Origin: Kiritimatiellia bacterium
Lineage (GTDB): Bacteria; Verrucomicrobiota; Kiritimatiellia; RFP12; UBA1067
DNA: 43,338 nucleotides
Assembly (NCBI GenBank): GCA_017648225.1
Contig: JAGCJE010000006.1
Coordinates: 1-43,338, forward strand
Reading direction: 5' to 3'
Shown one piece after another: positions 32,792 through 42,105 of the stretch; position 1 is the first letter of the stretch; every line of letters starts with the position of its first letter. Under the pieces are notes generated by a model, which was not told the DNA's origin, ran no database searches, and saw nothing but the letters and a program-made list of their open reading frames with translations. Position numbers and translations under genes: made by a program.

Positions 32792-34984
32792 TTACTTTAA
32801 AATTTTAAAAATTCTTGTTTCGCCCAATTGAAATCTCAAGTCGGCCTCGTCCGTTTCAGACACTCTCCGGCCGCTTAAAACATCAACGACAGGATGTCCT
32901 GTGAAATTGAGCCTTATCGGACCCTGCCGGAGGGCCTGAACGGCCACATAACCTTCTGCGGCGCATACGAACGCGCTCCCCGCAAGCGCATAAAGATGAA
33001 CTCCTGCCTTTTTCGCTTCGGCGGCGACAGCCCCAGCGTGGAGATCAGAGGCCTTCTTTACATCAAAAACATGAACGCCTTCACGCTTTTTAAGAGCATC
33101 GAGTTTAGCCTGCTTCTCGGCTGAAAGATCGCGCGCGTAAGCGAGGATGAAAAGTTTTGCGTCTGGTGGATTGCGCAGAACATCGTCTAAAAGATACTGT
33201 CCGTACGGCGCACCGCAACGCTCAAGCCCGGTCCGATTGAGAAGCGGCCATACTGCCCTGCCTGAGTCCCAGCCGTTCATCATGAGACTTTCCTCGTCAA
33301 GCACAAGGGCGATCTCAGGCGAATAAGGTTTCTTGCGCTTGAGAATCGCTTCGTCCATTTCTTTAAGAGCGCTTCTTAAACGCCAAAGCTCCTCGTCTCT
33401 GAACCAGCCGCGCCCGCAGAGATCCATCCACCAGTCTCCATGTCCGCGTATTATGCACTTCGCCGTGTTGCGCAGAAGAAAATTGCGAGTCTTCCACGGC
33501 GAATCGTTTACAAAACCTCCGACCTTCACGCTCCCGTTCCACAACTCCTCGTGATGAGTCCGCGTATCGTCTTCATTGATCCAAAGCACCCCGTTGCGTG
33601 AGAATGTTTCCGCTGCGCTCATAACGGCCGACGATCCCGGCCATCCGCGCTCGGCATAGCTGAAAGGCGCTGATACGGCGTCGATATTCTCGCGCGCGTT
33701 TTCAAGAAGCCAATCGACGAAAAAGTGCCCCGTTTCCGCCGCACCTGCCGGAACCGCGCCGACCTCCCATGTATAACCATAGAAAAAGACGGCGAGCGAT
33801 TTTCCGTCGGTACCCCTGCGTACGGCGGCTCCAAGCTCGTTTATGAAGCTCGCCATCTCCTCCTGGCGAAAACGGCCGAACTCGATCACACGGCGGTCTC
33901 GTACGGGATCAAGCCTATTGCCAGGTCTCCTGACGCGGCGTTCCGCGGGCGTCGGGATCTCCGCCGTATTCGCGTCTTTGTCGCCCCTGCGGGCTAAATA
34001 CCGTCTGAAAGCGTCACGCGTGTGCACGTCATACCCCGAGAGATCCCGGGTCTGCGAAAGCATATAGAACCACTCGGCTGAATTCTGACCGCTTATGTGA
34101 AGACCGGCGAAATTGCGCGGAAACTTTCGACGCAGATGACGCGCCAGCCTCTCGACCTCTTCGCACGCGGCCTTGCGGTATTCGCGGGACGAAATCGAAG
34201 ACATCTCAATCGTAAAATCATTATTGAATTTCATCCTGAGCGAAGGATCGCGCTCAAGCATCCAAGCCGGAGCGTTCGCGCTTATGCGCGGCAGCAGAAG
34301 AACGCGGGGATTCGCAGCGATAAGCCTCTCACACGTTTCATCAATGTCGTCATAGGAGCGCGGCTTTTCGGGCGGAGCCCACCATGTCTGACAACCCCAG
34401 GAATTTTCAGTCGAAAATGTCACGAGATCAAATCCGTATTCCCCCGCCATGCGGACAGTGTCTCCGAGCGTATCGCCGTAAGGCAATGGCAGCGTCTTTT
34501 TTATCCCGTCCTCTAGCGTATACGAAATTTCGTGATCGAGAACGACGCGGTCGCGCGCGGCACGGTGGAAAACATGAAAACGGTAACTGTGGGACTTTTT
34601 AAATTTCAGATTTTCGCATTTGAAAAGCCGGGTATTGTTCTCCTTTGAATCTGTAAGTTCTTTCGTCGCACCCTCAGTCACATCAACGATTTTGGCGCTT
34701 GAAAACCACACCGGCGGATCTTTCTCGGAAACCCTTAACTCAACAGCACCAAAATCCGAGTCGGCCTCGGCGACAAACGGAATTATCAGTTCTGTTCTAC
34801 GAGGCCACGAAAGAATCGTCAGATTTTGAGGCGAGCCGAAGTAAAATCTAGGTGAGACGGCCTTACCGTCGACAAATATCCTGGGGCCGGCCAATGTATC
34901 GCGGACACGCACCTCGACAGGCTCCAAAGCCGAAGACGACGCGGCAAAAGCGATAAACGAAAAAAGGCAGATTATCCTATTCAT
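32792..34984 (-). CDS. secreted hypothetical protein; possible GH42-like glycoside hydrolase (TIM barrel plus trimerisation-like domain)
   Basis: 730 aa with a signal peptide (MNRIICLFSFIAFAASSSA). The C-terminal part (PEIALVLDEESL..., KLFILAYARDLSAEKQAKLDALKKREGVHVF) resembles the GH42 middle domain. I cannot identify catalytic residues, so the function is tentative. Confidence 0.4.
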   Translation of the reverse strand: MNRIICLFSFIAFAASSSALEPVEVRVRDTLAGPRIFVDGKAVSPRFYFGSPQNLTILSWPRRTELIIPFVAEADSDFGAVELRVSEKDPPVWFSSAKIVDVTEGATKELTDSKENNTRLFKCENLKFKKSHSYRFHVFHRAARDRVVLDHEISYTLEDGIKKTLPLPYGDTLGDTVRMAGEYGFDLVTFSTENSWGCQTWWAPPEKPRSYDDIDETCERLIAANPRVLLLPRISANAPAWMLERDPSLRMKFNNDFTIEMSSISSREYRKAACEEVERLARHLRRKFPRNFAGLHISGQNSAEWFYMLSQTRDLSGYDVHTRDAFRRYLARRGDKDANTAEIPTPAERRVRRPGNRLDPVRDRRVIEFGRFRQEEMASFINELGAAVRRGTDGKSLAVFFYGYTWEVGAVPAGAAETGHFFVDWLLENARENIDAVSAPFSYAERGWPGSSAVMSAAETFSRNGVLWINEDDTRTHHEELWNGSVKVGGFVNDSPWKTRNFLLRNTAKCIIRGHGDWWMDLCGRGWFRDEELWRLRSALKEMDEAILKRKKPYSPEIALVLDEESLMMNGWDSGRAVWPLLNRTGLERCGAPYGQYLLDDVLRNPPDAKLFILAYARDLSAEKQAKLDALKKREGVHVFDVKKASDLHAGAVAAEAKKAGVHLYALAGSAFVCAAEGYVAVQALRQGPIRLNFTGHPVVDVLSGRRVSETDEADLRFQLGETRIFKILK

Positions 34985-34987
34985 TTT

Positions 34988-36043
34988 TTACCGGCAGAGC
35001 TCAAGGACCAGAAGCGCAAAAGACGTGCACAAAACGGGGTCGGACTCCCAGAATCTGTTGTTGTCGTTATACCAGCTGCCGTCCGGCTTCTGGAGACTTA
35101 TCAGTTTTGCGGACAGTTCCTTTTTCCACTCGTGATCGCCTATCTTCTCGACTCCCGCCGCCGACAGTGCGCGCGCCATGATATCGTAGAAATAATAAAG
35201 CCCCTGGCTGCCCATCCCGGGATTCTCATCGACGCTCCAGTTGCGGCGGCAATATTCGAGCGACTCTTTGACGCGCGGATCTCCGCGATCTAGTTTTGCG
35301 TGACACATCGAAAGAACGGCCGCATACGTCATCGAACCGTACGCTCTGAGATGAACACGGTTTCTCGCGTTTGTAACCGTTCCCGCCTGAGGCGTTCTTT
35401 CGTTGTAGGCGGCTCCGCCGGCATCGGGTCCCTCCTTTTTCATCAGATTTTCCACAAACGCAAGCGCCTTGTCCCAATCGACGTCGACGCGCCGTCCGCC
35501 GGCGCGAAACTCTTCGAGCGATTCGGTTCTGCGCATCGCGTCGAGCGCGTAACCCGTGTTCGAAAGATCGGCGTAACGCCTTCTCGAAATCTTATCGTAC
35601 CCGAATCCGCCCGCCATCGTATCGTCACCCGTAAGTTGGGAGGACGCGATGTATTCCCGCGCCTTCAAAAGAGGCGCCGCAGGAGAGATTTTCGACTCAA
35701 AAAGCGCCGAAAGGCAGACGGCCGTATTATAGTTGCCGAGTCCCGAACCTCCACGCCCGGGTTTCGGAACGTAAAAGCCGCCGTCCTCGCGCTGGGTGGA
35801 AAGCACGTACGCCACGCCCTTTTTGACGGCGTTCGTAACCCCGCCCACGCGCTCTTCCGGGATTTTCGCGAGCGCCCATACCGGAAGCGCGGTCAGCGCC
35901 GGCATCTGCCTGTCGCTCCAATACCCTTCGTCAGACTGGGCCGAGAGCAGAAACGCCGCACCCTCGGCGATGGACTCGTCGATCGTTTTGGAATGCGAAA
36001 CGGCGGCGAGACCGACAATCGCCAGCATCAAAACCTTTTTCAT
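34988..36043 (-). CDS. secreted prenyltransferase/squalene-oxidase-repeat (terpenoid cyclase-fold) protein
   Basis: 351 aa with a signal peptide. It has repeated [Q]xxDGG[FW]-type motifs: SAQSDEGYWSD, STQREDGGFY and LQKPDGSWYN. Confidence 0.7.
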   Translation of the reverse strand: MKKVLMLAIVGLAAVSHSKTIDESIAEGAAFLLSAQSDEGYWSDRQMPALTALPVWALAKIPEERVGGVTNAVKKGVAYVLSTQREDGGFYVPKPGRGGSGLGNYNTAVCLSALFESKISPAAPLLKAREYIASSQLTGDDTMAGGFGYDKISRRRYADLSNTGYALDAMRRTESLEEFRAGGRRVDVDWDKALAFVENLMKKEGPDAGGAAYNERTPQAGTVTNARNRVHLRAYGSMTYAAVLSMCHAKLDRGDPRVKESLEYCRRNWSVDENPGMGSQGLYYFYDIMARALSAAGVEKIGDHEWKKELSAKLISLQKPDGSWYNDNNRFWESDPVLCTSFALLVLELCR

Positions 36044-36102
36044 GGCTGAATCTCCCTTATAGAGTTAAACTTGTCTGAATAGAAAAAGGTTTTAGAAATC
36101 CC

Positions 36103-36882
36103 TCAGCTTACGCCGCGCGTCGAATTGCGGTAGAACGCCACGAGTTCCCTGATCTCCTCGAAAGGCTCGACGTCGTGCTCGACGCGATCGAGCGCCTGGG
36201 AACGGTTGAGCCCGTCGCGGTAAAGGAAGCGGTGGGCCTCCTTCAACGCCTGAAGAACGTCGCGCTTGAATCCGCGGCGGTTAAGGCCGACGACGTTGGG
36301 CCCGATAACCTTGAGCGCACCCTCGACCATGTCTCCGAGCATATAAGGGGGGAAGTCCTGACGGATCTTGCACATTCCGCCCACCATCGCGTGCTTTCCG
36401 ACGGTGCAGAACTGATGGGAAGCGGAGCATCCGCCGACGATTGCATAATCATGGAGATGGACGTCGCCCGCGAGCTGAACGGAATTGGAGCAGATGACGT
36501 GGTTGCCGAGAATGCAGCCGTGGGCGGCGTGGCAGTAGGCCATGAAAAGACAGTCGCTGCCGATGATCGTCTTCTCTCCGTCTGCGGTGCCGAGATGGAC
36601 GGTCGCGAATTCGCGGATCACCGTCCTGTCGCCGATTTCGACATAACTTACGGATCCTTCCTGATACTTCAGATCCTGCGTCTTCATTCCGATAAGCGCG
36701 TACGGGAAAATCTGGCACTTCTCTCCGATCGTCGTGTGGCCGTCGATGATCGCGCCCTGTCCGACCGAAGTCCCGTTGCCGAGCTTCACGTTGGCGCCGA
36801 TTCGCGCGTAGGCCTCTACGACCACGTCCTCGCCGAGCACGGCTCCGTCTTCAACAATAGCGGTAGGATGAATTTTGGACAT
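36103..36882 (-). CDS. lpxA: acyl-ACP--UDP-N-acetylglucosamine O-acyltransferase
   Basis: 259 aa. It starts MSKIHPTAIVEDGAVLGEDVVV, continues with hexapeptide repeats and has the LpxA-type helical C-terminal domain. Confidence 0.9.
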   Translation of the reverse strand: MSKIHPTAIVEDGAVLGEDVVVEAYARIGANVKLGNGTSVGQGAIIDGHTTIGEKCQIFPYALIGMKTQDLKYQEGSVSYVEIGDRTVIREFATVHLGTADGEKTIIGSDCLFMAYCHAAHGCILGNHVICSNSVQLAGDVHLHDYAIVGGCSASHQFCTVGKHAMVGGMCKIRQDFPPYMLGDMVEGALKVIGPNVVGLNRRGFKRDVLQALKEAHRFLYRDGLNRSQALDRVEHDVEPFEEIRELVAFYRNSTRGVS

Positions 36883-36898
36883 ACGAACTCCTTTTTGT

Positions 36899-38005
36899 TT
36901 AAAGATTGCGTTTGATGAACCAGGCCGAAAGGCCGAAACACGCCAGAGGCGAAAGCCAGATGAGAAACTCGGGACAGATCGAATAATTCTTCTGCATGTT
37001 CAGCATCAGCATGACGACAAGATAAAAGCCCATCGCTATCGCGATCGAAATCGCCATCCCGATCGTGGACTCCTTTCGCTGGGAACGGATCCCGAGCGGA
37101 ATTCCGACAAGAACGAAGCACAGCGACGCCATCGCGAAGACAAACCGCTTCGAAAGCTCGACCTTCGTTTTCGAGATATGCTGGCGCAGATGTTTCTTCG
37201 ACTTCTCCGATTCCGGCGACGTCATCGTTTCGAGAAAAGCGGAATCTTTGCGGATGGCCTCCACGATTTCGAAGAAACGGAAATCCTTCATCTTTTTGAC
37301 GTAGCGTTTCCTCTTCATCCTGATGGGGTAATGGACATATTTTCCGGTCGCCATTCCGGGCCTGTTGGCTTCAAGCGGCTCGACCTTGACGCCGTACAGA
37401 TCAAGCGCCATATCATCGCCCTCTCCGATCGCCAGCGCCTTTTGAGCGCGGATCGTCCGGGTAATCTTATCGTCGGTCTTGTCCGTCGCCGTTATGTCGT
37501 AAAGCCAGCGCCCCTCCTTGCGTCCGACGTAGAGAGTCACGTCGGGAAAATCCGTCATCATCACGCCTGGCTTGATGAGATCGAACGCGTCTCCGACGGA
37601 GATTTCGGAAGTCATCTCCCGGCGCACCTCATGTCCGCGCGGAACGATTTCGTTGTTTATCCACATCGCGAGAAGCGTGCACATGAGCGCGAAAAGGACC
37701 GGCCATTTCATAACGCTCAGAAGATTTATCCCGCACGCCCTCATGGCGGCGATTTCGCTGTCGGCGGAGAGTCGCGAAAACACGAGAACGCTCGAGACGA
37801 GAAGCGACAGCGGTATGGTCCACTGCAGCGTTTCAGGGAAGCTTATCGCCGCGAATTTTCCGACAAGGCCGATAGGCATCCCGTCCAGGATGAATCCGAC
37901 GATCTGAACGAGAAGACCGATCGTTAAAACGAAACTGAGAACGAGAAACGCGAGCGCGAAACTCGACAGGAACGATTTAAAAACGTATTTGTCGATCGTT
38001 CTCAA
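36899..38005 (-). CDS. LptF/LptG family LPS export permease
   Basis: 368 aa. The N-terminus (M)RTIDKYVFKSFLSSFALAFLVL is typical of the YjgP/YjgQ family. There are 6 TM with a large periplasmic loop. The start is a TTG overlapping the tyrS TGA (TTGA). Confidence 0.8.
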   Translation of the reverse strand: MRTIDKYVFKSFLSSFALAFLVLSFVLTIGLLVQIVGFILDGMPIGLVGKFAAISFPETLQWTIPLSLLVSSVLVFSRLSADSEIAAMRACGINLLSVMKWPVLFALMCTLLAMWINNEIVPRGHEVRREMTSEISVGDAFDLIKPGVMMTDFPDVTLYVGRKEGRWLYDITATDKTDDKITRTIRAQKALAIGEGDDMALDLYGVKVEPLEANRPGMATGKYVHYPIRMKRKRYVKKMKDFRFFEIVEAIRKDSAFLETMTSPESEKSKKHLRQHISKTKVELSKRFVFAMASLCFVLVGIPLGIRSQRKESTIGMAISIAIAMGFYLVVMLMLNMQKNYSICPEFLIWLSPLACFGLSAWFIKRNL

Positions 38006-39267
38006 TTTTTGGCCCTTAAGAGGAAGTTGGCCTTCTTGCCCTGGCGGAGAACGGCGAGCTCGCCGTCGATAAGATCATCGGCGGAGAAAACGCGCCTGTC
38101 GTCGACCTTCGCGCCGTTGAGCGAAAGACCGCCCTGCGCGGCCATACGGCGCGCCTCGCCGTTGGACTTGAACATACCCGCGGCGGCCGCGACGGCGTAA
38201 ACGCTTTTCCCGACGATTTCAGCCGCGGGAAGCTCGGCGGATTTGACGTCCTTGAATATCTGGGAAAGCTCAGCTGCGGACTTGCCGGAAACGTCGCCTC
38301 CGAAAAGCGTCTTCGTGGCGCCGAGCGCCGTCTGAAGCCCCGCCTCGCCGTGCACAAGGCGCGTAAGCTCCTCGGCGAGCGCCTTCTGGGGGATGCGCGC
38401 TTCGGGATTGGCCTTCATCTCGGCCTCAAGCGCGGCGATTTCGTCGAGACTCTTGAGCGAAAAGACCTTCAGATAACGGATAACGTCGGCGTCGGCGGCA
38501 CGGAGAAAGTACTGGTACCAATCGTAGACGCTCGTCATTTCCGCGTTCATGAAAAGAGCGTTACCCTCGGATTTTCCGAACTTGCGGCCGGCTGAATCGA
38601 GAAGAAGAGGGAACGTAAGACCGTAGGCCGTCTTGCCGCGCATGCGGTGAACAAGATCGGTGCCAGCCGTGATGTTGCCCCACTGGTCCGCGCCGCCCAC
38701 TTCGAGCATGCAGCCGTAATTGTCGTAAAGGTGAAGGAAGTCGTTGCCCTGGAGAATCTGGTACGAGAACTCCGTGAACGTAAGCGCGCCTTCGGACGCC
38801 TCAAGACGTTTTTTCACGGATTCCTTGGAAAGCATCTGCGGGACGCGGAAGTTGATCGCGATGTCGCGCAGAAACTCGATCGCGCTCGTCCCTTTGTACC
38901 AGTCGTAGTTGTCGACCATGACGGCGGCGTTGGGACCGTCGAAATCGAGAATGCGCGAAAGATTCTCGCGGATGCCGCGCTTGTTCTCCTCGACTTGCTC
39001 GAGCGTAAGCATATTGCGCTCGGCGGACTTACCGCTCGGGTCTCCGATAAGGCCTGTCGCGCCGCCGACGAGAGCGATCACCCTGTGGCCCGCCTGCTGA
39101 AAACGCCTCAGAACCATAATGGAAACGAGATTTCCGGCCTGAAGGCTCTTTGCGCTCGGATCAAAGCCGCAGTAGAGTGTCGTCGGCTTTTCGAGCATCT
39201 TGCCGATTTCGGGATCCGTCAACGCCTCGACGAGGCCGCGTTCTTTAAGTTCTTCTATGAGGTTCAT
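38002..39267 (-). CDS. tyrS: tyrosine--tRNA ligase
   Basis: I prefer the ATG at 39267 (MNLIEELKERGLV). It aligns by eye to E. coli TyrS: LYCGFDPSAKSL.., RRFQQAGHRVIALVGGATGLIGDPSGKSAER, RKFGKSEGN (KMSKS-type). A C-terminal S4-like domain is present. Confidence 0.9.
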   Translation of the reverse strand: MNLIEELKERGLVEALTDPEIGKMLEKPTTLYCGFDPSAKSLQAGNLVSIMVLRRFQQAGHRVIALVGGATGLIGDPSGKSAERNMLTLEQVEENKRGIRENLSRILDFDGPNAAVMVDNYDWYKGTSAIEFLRDIAINFRVPQMLSKESVKKRLEASEGALTFTEFSYQILQGNDFLHLYDNYGCMLEVGGADQWGNITAGTDLVHRMRGKTAYGLTFPLLLDSAGRKFGKSEGNALFMNAEMTSVYDWYQYFLRAADADVIRYLKVFSLKSLDEIAALEAEMKANPEARIPQKALAEELTRLVHGEAGLQTALGATKTLFGGDVSGKSAAELSQIFKDVKSAELPAAEIVGKSVYAVAAAAGMFKSNGEARRMAAQGGLSLNGAKVDDRRVFSADDLIDGELAVLRQGKKANFLLRAKN

Positions 39268-39280
39268 GGTTGGTATTATA

Positions 39281-40069
39281 TCATTTATCTTTAAAACCGG
39301 TTGCCGCATGAGCGCGTTTTTCGTCCCCGCGCGCTTTGCGGTGAAGATGCGGATGGGGAATATGGATCGTCCTGCGGCCGATCAGCACGGGAACGCCGAG
39401 ATGATACTTGATGGCGAGAGCGCGTATCACAAAAATGCTGAATATGCACACGACGCTGCAGACGCGCCCGTCGATACCGAAGGCCATAAGAGCGAAGTAA
39501 AGGACTCCGCCCGCCGCGCACGCCAAGGCGTAAATCTCTTTACGGAAAATAAGCGGCACCTCGTTGATACAGATGTCGCGCAACACGCCGCCGAAAACCG
39601 CCGTAATGACGCCCATGATGATCGCCTTCCACCAGCAGGCGATCTGAAGAGCGAGATTGAAATCAAGTCCGGCAGCGGCGGCCTTGAGACGCTCGGCCTC
39701 GATAACCTTCTCCATGCCGATGACCATGAAGATCGAGATGGCGATCGTATCGAAGATAAACCATGTTATCTGCTCTGAAATTATACGCCTGCCGAAAAGC
39801 GCTACGGCGAGCACCGCGAGAAAGGTCGTCACGAGGTAGCTCGGATCCTCCATCCAGAAAGGCGGTCTCTGCATAAGGACATCGCGCAACGTTCCGCCGC
39901 CGAGCGCCGTTATAAATCCGATCACGTACGCTCCGAACCAGTCAAAATGCTTCACGCTCGCCATGCGGACGCCGGAAACGGCGCCGACGAACGTTCCGAC
40001 CTGGGTCAATATCTCAAGAAACAGTCCCGGTCCCAAAGCGCGTTCAAGCATATTGACGGCAAAATCCAT
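39281..40069 (-). CDS. trimeric intracellular cation channel (TRIC / UPF0126, YadS-like) membrane protein
   Basis: 262 aa. It has two UPF0126 repeats with LGGGTLRDVL and VFGGVLRDI. A ~35-aa basic, His-containing C-terminal extension follows. Confidence 0.75.
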   Translation of the reverse strand: MDFAVNMLERALGPGLFLEILTQVGTFVGAVSGVRMASVKHFDWFGAYVIGFITALGGGTLRDVLMQRPPFWMEDPSYLVTTFLAVLAVALFGRRIISEQITWFIFDTIAISIFMVIGMEKVIEAERLKAAAAGLDFNLALQIACWWKAIIMGVITAVFGGVLRDICINEVPLIFRKEIYALACAAGGVLYFALMAFGIDGRVCSVVCIFSIFVIRALAIKYHLGVPVLIGRRTIHIPHPHLHRKARGDEKRAHAATGFKDK

Positions 40070-40078
40070 GAATCGCGT

Positions 40079-41290
40079 TTATTTCTTTTCGGGGTTGACG
40101 TTTCCGTGAGGAATCGGCTTCCAGCGCCTGGTCGGGAAAACGAGAGTCCAAAGAACCGTTGCGGAAAGAATAAACGAAAACGCGGGGAACGTCAGAACGG
40201 CCCACCACCGCGGACGACGCTTCTTGCTGGAAAGGACGACGGCCCACCAGGCGGTAATGATTCCGACAAACGCGACGAACGAGAACATCGCAAAACTGAA
40301 GATCGCGGACTTCAGCAGGGGATTGCCCAGATAAGCCTTGACGATAAAGGACAAGAGCGCAAAAAGCAGAATGAACGCGACGGACATGCCCGTTAGAATG
40401 GCGATATAACTGTCGAAAAGACGCATTGAAGGACGACGCACTATAGCCTTAAGCCAGGGGAAGAAATAATATCCCGCGACCTGCCAGCATCCTGTAGCCC
40501 AACGGCACAGCTGGCGCCACATGTGCAGAACCTTAACGGGCTGCTCGTCGGCATACTCGGCCGTGGGAACATACCCGATACGGCGGCCGGCGATATTGCA
40601 TTGAACGGAAAACTCCACATCCTCCACCATCGTACGCGTTCTCCACCCCTTGCCCTCGAGTATCGCGGTCAAAAACGCAAAGCCGGTTCCCGTCAGTTTT
40701 CCGGAAAGACCGAGTTTCGTGCGCACGCGGTTGGAAAGCTCGTTCATGAGATCCCAATAAACGGTATACCAGCCGGATATTATATTGGTCGTCGCGTTGG
40801 AGGTCATGCGCCTTCCGGTCGCGATAACCTCGCCGTCGTTAAGCGCGTCGTTCATCGCGTCGAGCCACTGGGCCGACGCGATGTTATCGGCGTCGAAAAC
40901 CGCGATCGCGTCAAAGTCGCCCCGCTCGAGAACCTTGTCTACGCCCCAGGCGAGCACATCGCCCTTGCCGGAACTCGGCACTGTTTTCTCCCAGACCGTC
41001 GCACCTGCAGCGCGGGCCACTTCGGCCGTTTTATCCGTACAGTTGTCGGCAAGCACAATCACCTCATATCTGTCTTTCGGATATGGCGACATGAAAATGC
41101 TCTTGACGGGGAGTCGAATGACCCTTTCTTCGTTGCGCGCGCAGATGAGCACGGCAAAACGCAACTTACGGTCCGCGACCGGGTGTTTCCTGCGCGGGAT
41201 CAGAAGTCCGACGGTAACTATAAGCGTGGACCAGATGAACACAAGTCCGAGAATTATTGAAATCAATTCCAGCACATTACCTTCAATCAT
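40079..41290 (-). CDS. membrane-embedded family-2 glycosyltransferase (processive, QxxRW type)
   Basis: I prefer the ATG at 41290 (MIEGNVLELISIILGL...). Motifs are LICARNEERVI, VLADNCTD, VFDADN and the QLCRWATG motif. There is an N-terminal TM and ~4 C-terminal TM. Confidence 0.75.
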   Translation of the reverse strand: MIEGNVLELISIILGLVFIWSTLIVTVGLLIPRRKHPVADRKLRFAVLICARNEERVIRLPVKSIFMSPYPKDRYEVIVLADNCTDKTAEVARAAGATVWEKTVPSSGKGDVLAWGVDKVLERGDFDAIAVFDADNIASAQWLDAMNDALNDGEVIATGRRMTSNATTNIISGWYTVYWDLMNELSNRVRTKLGLSGKLTGTGFAFLTAILEGKGWRTRTMVEDVEFSVQCNIAGRRIGYVPTAEYADEQPVKVLHMWRQLCRWATGCWQVAGYYFFPWLKAIVRRPSMRLFDSYIAILTGMSVAFILLFALLSFIVKAYLGNPLLKSAIFSFAMFSFVAFVGIITAWWAVVLSSKKRRPRWWAVLTFPAFSFILSATVLWTLVFPTRRWKPIPHGNVNPEKK

Positions 41291-42101
41291 CGCGCCACCT
41301 CCTATGGGCCCATAAATATTGTTCGGGATATTTGCGAATAACCGCACCCAACCGATCATTCAAAATTTGAGTCGAGGCATCTCTGTCGGCATCCTTGCCG
41401 AAACTGACGGGAGGACCGCCAACCAACTTGTAGCGGTACGGACCAACACGCACAAACGAGCCTACGACAATTCTACGGCCGCTTCGCATCGCAAGTCGCG
41501 TAGCGCTCGTGAACGTACGCGCAGGACGACCTAAGAACTGAAGCTTCGCACCTCCAGCCGTATGCTGATCCATGAGAATCGTCATTGCAGCGGCGGTATC
41601 AGCCCATTGACGCAGCACATCGGGACTGAAACCGTTTTTCTTGTCGATAATCGTAACTGGACCTCTAAAGTGATGCTTCTTCATCCAGCGTGCAACAAAC
41701 TTGTTGTTCATAACACGCGCGACGGCGATCATCGGACGGGCAAAAGAGAGAATATTTGTCGCCGCTTCCCAAACACCATGATGAGCGCTTACGAGGAGTA
41801 TCGGCTCGTCGGGAGTGTCGAGAAGAAGCTTGACCGTCTCGGGATCGGCCTCGTCGAACTCAAGATGCTCGCGCCAGTTCGAAGCGTTAACGACGTTGGG
41901 AACGCAGAGCGCCTCGCAGATGTGACCGGCGAGATGACACCATGACTTTTTAGCGATTTTTTTAGCCTCCTTGTCGTCGGAGGTGATGCCGCACTTCATG
42001 ATGTTCATCACGGAAAGACGCCGCCGTTTACGGAAAAACGGCCACAGGAGCGCGGCGAAACCGGCTCCGAAACCGTAGGCGTGTTTCTGGATGAACGTCA
42101 T
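41283..42101 (-). CDS. lysophospholipid / lipid A (LpxL-HtrB-like) acyltransferase
   Basis: I prefer the ATG at 42101 (MTFIQKHAYGF...), 5 nt after the hisD stop. It has an HX4E block (SAHHGVWEAA), and its size and layout resemble lauroyl/myristoyl acyltransferases. Confidence 0.6.
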   Translation of the reverse strand: MTFIQKHAYGFGAGFAALLWPFFRKRRRLSVMNIMKCGITSDDKEAKKIAKKSWCHLAGHICEALCVPNVVNASNWREHLEFDEADPETVKLLLDTPDEPILLVSAHHGVWEAATNILSFARPMIAVARVMNNKFVARWMKKHHFRGPVTIIDKKNGFSPDVLRQWADTAAAMTILMDQHTAGGAKLQFLGRPARTFTSATRLAMRSGRRIVVGSFVRVGPYRYKLVGGPPVSFGKDADRDASTQILNDRLGAVIRKYPEQYLWAHRRWRDD

Positions 42102-42105
42102 ATCG

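Noticed and set aside
35300-36049. 249-aa plus-strand ORF opposite the prenyltransferase-repeat gene; similar cases at 36175-36915, 36875-37927, 42091-42987 and 28711-29772
   Set aside because: All are antisense to ORFs with clear family motifs (LpxA, LptF/G, HisD, GH109-like). They have Arg-rich low-complexity composition and no recognisable motifs.
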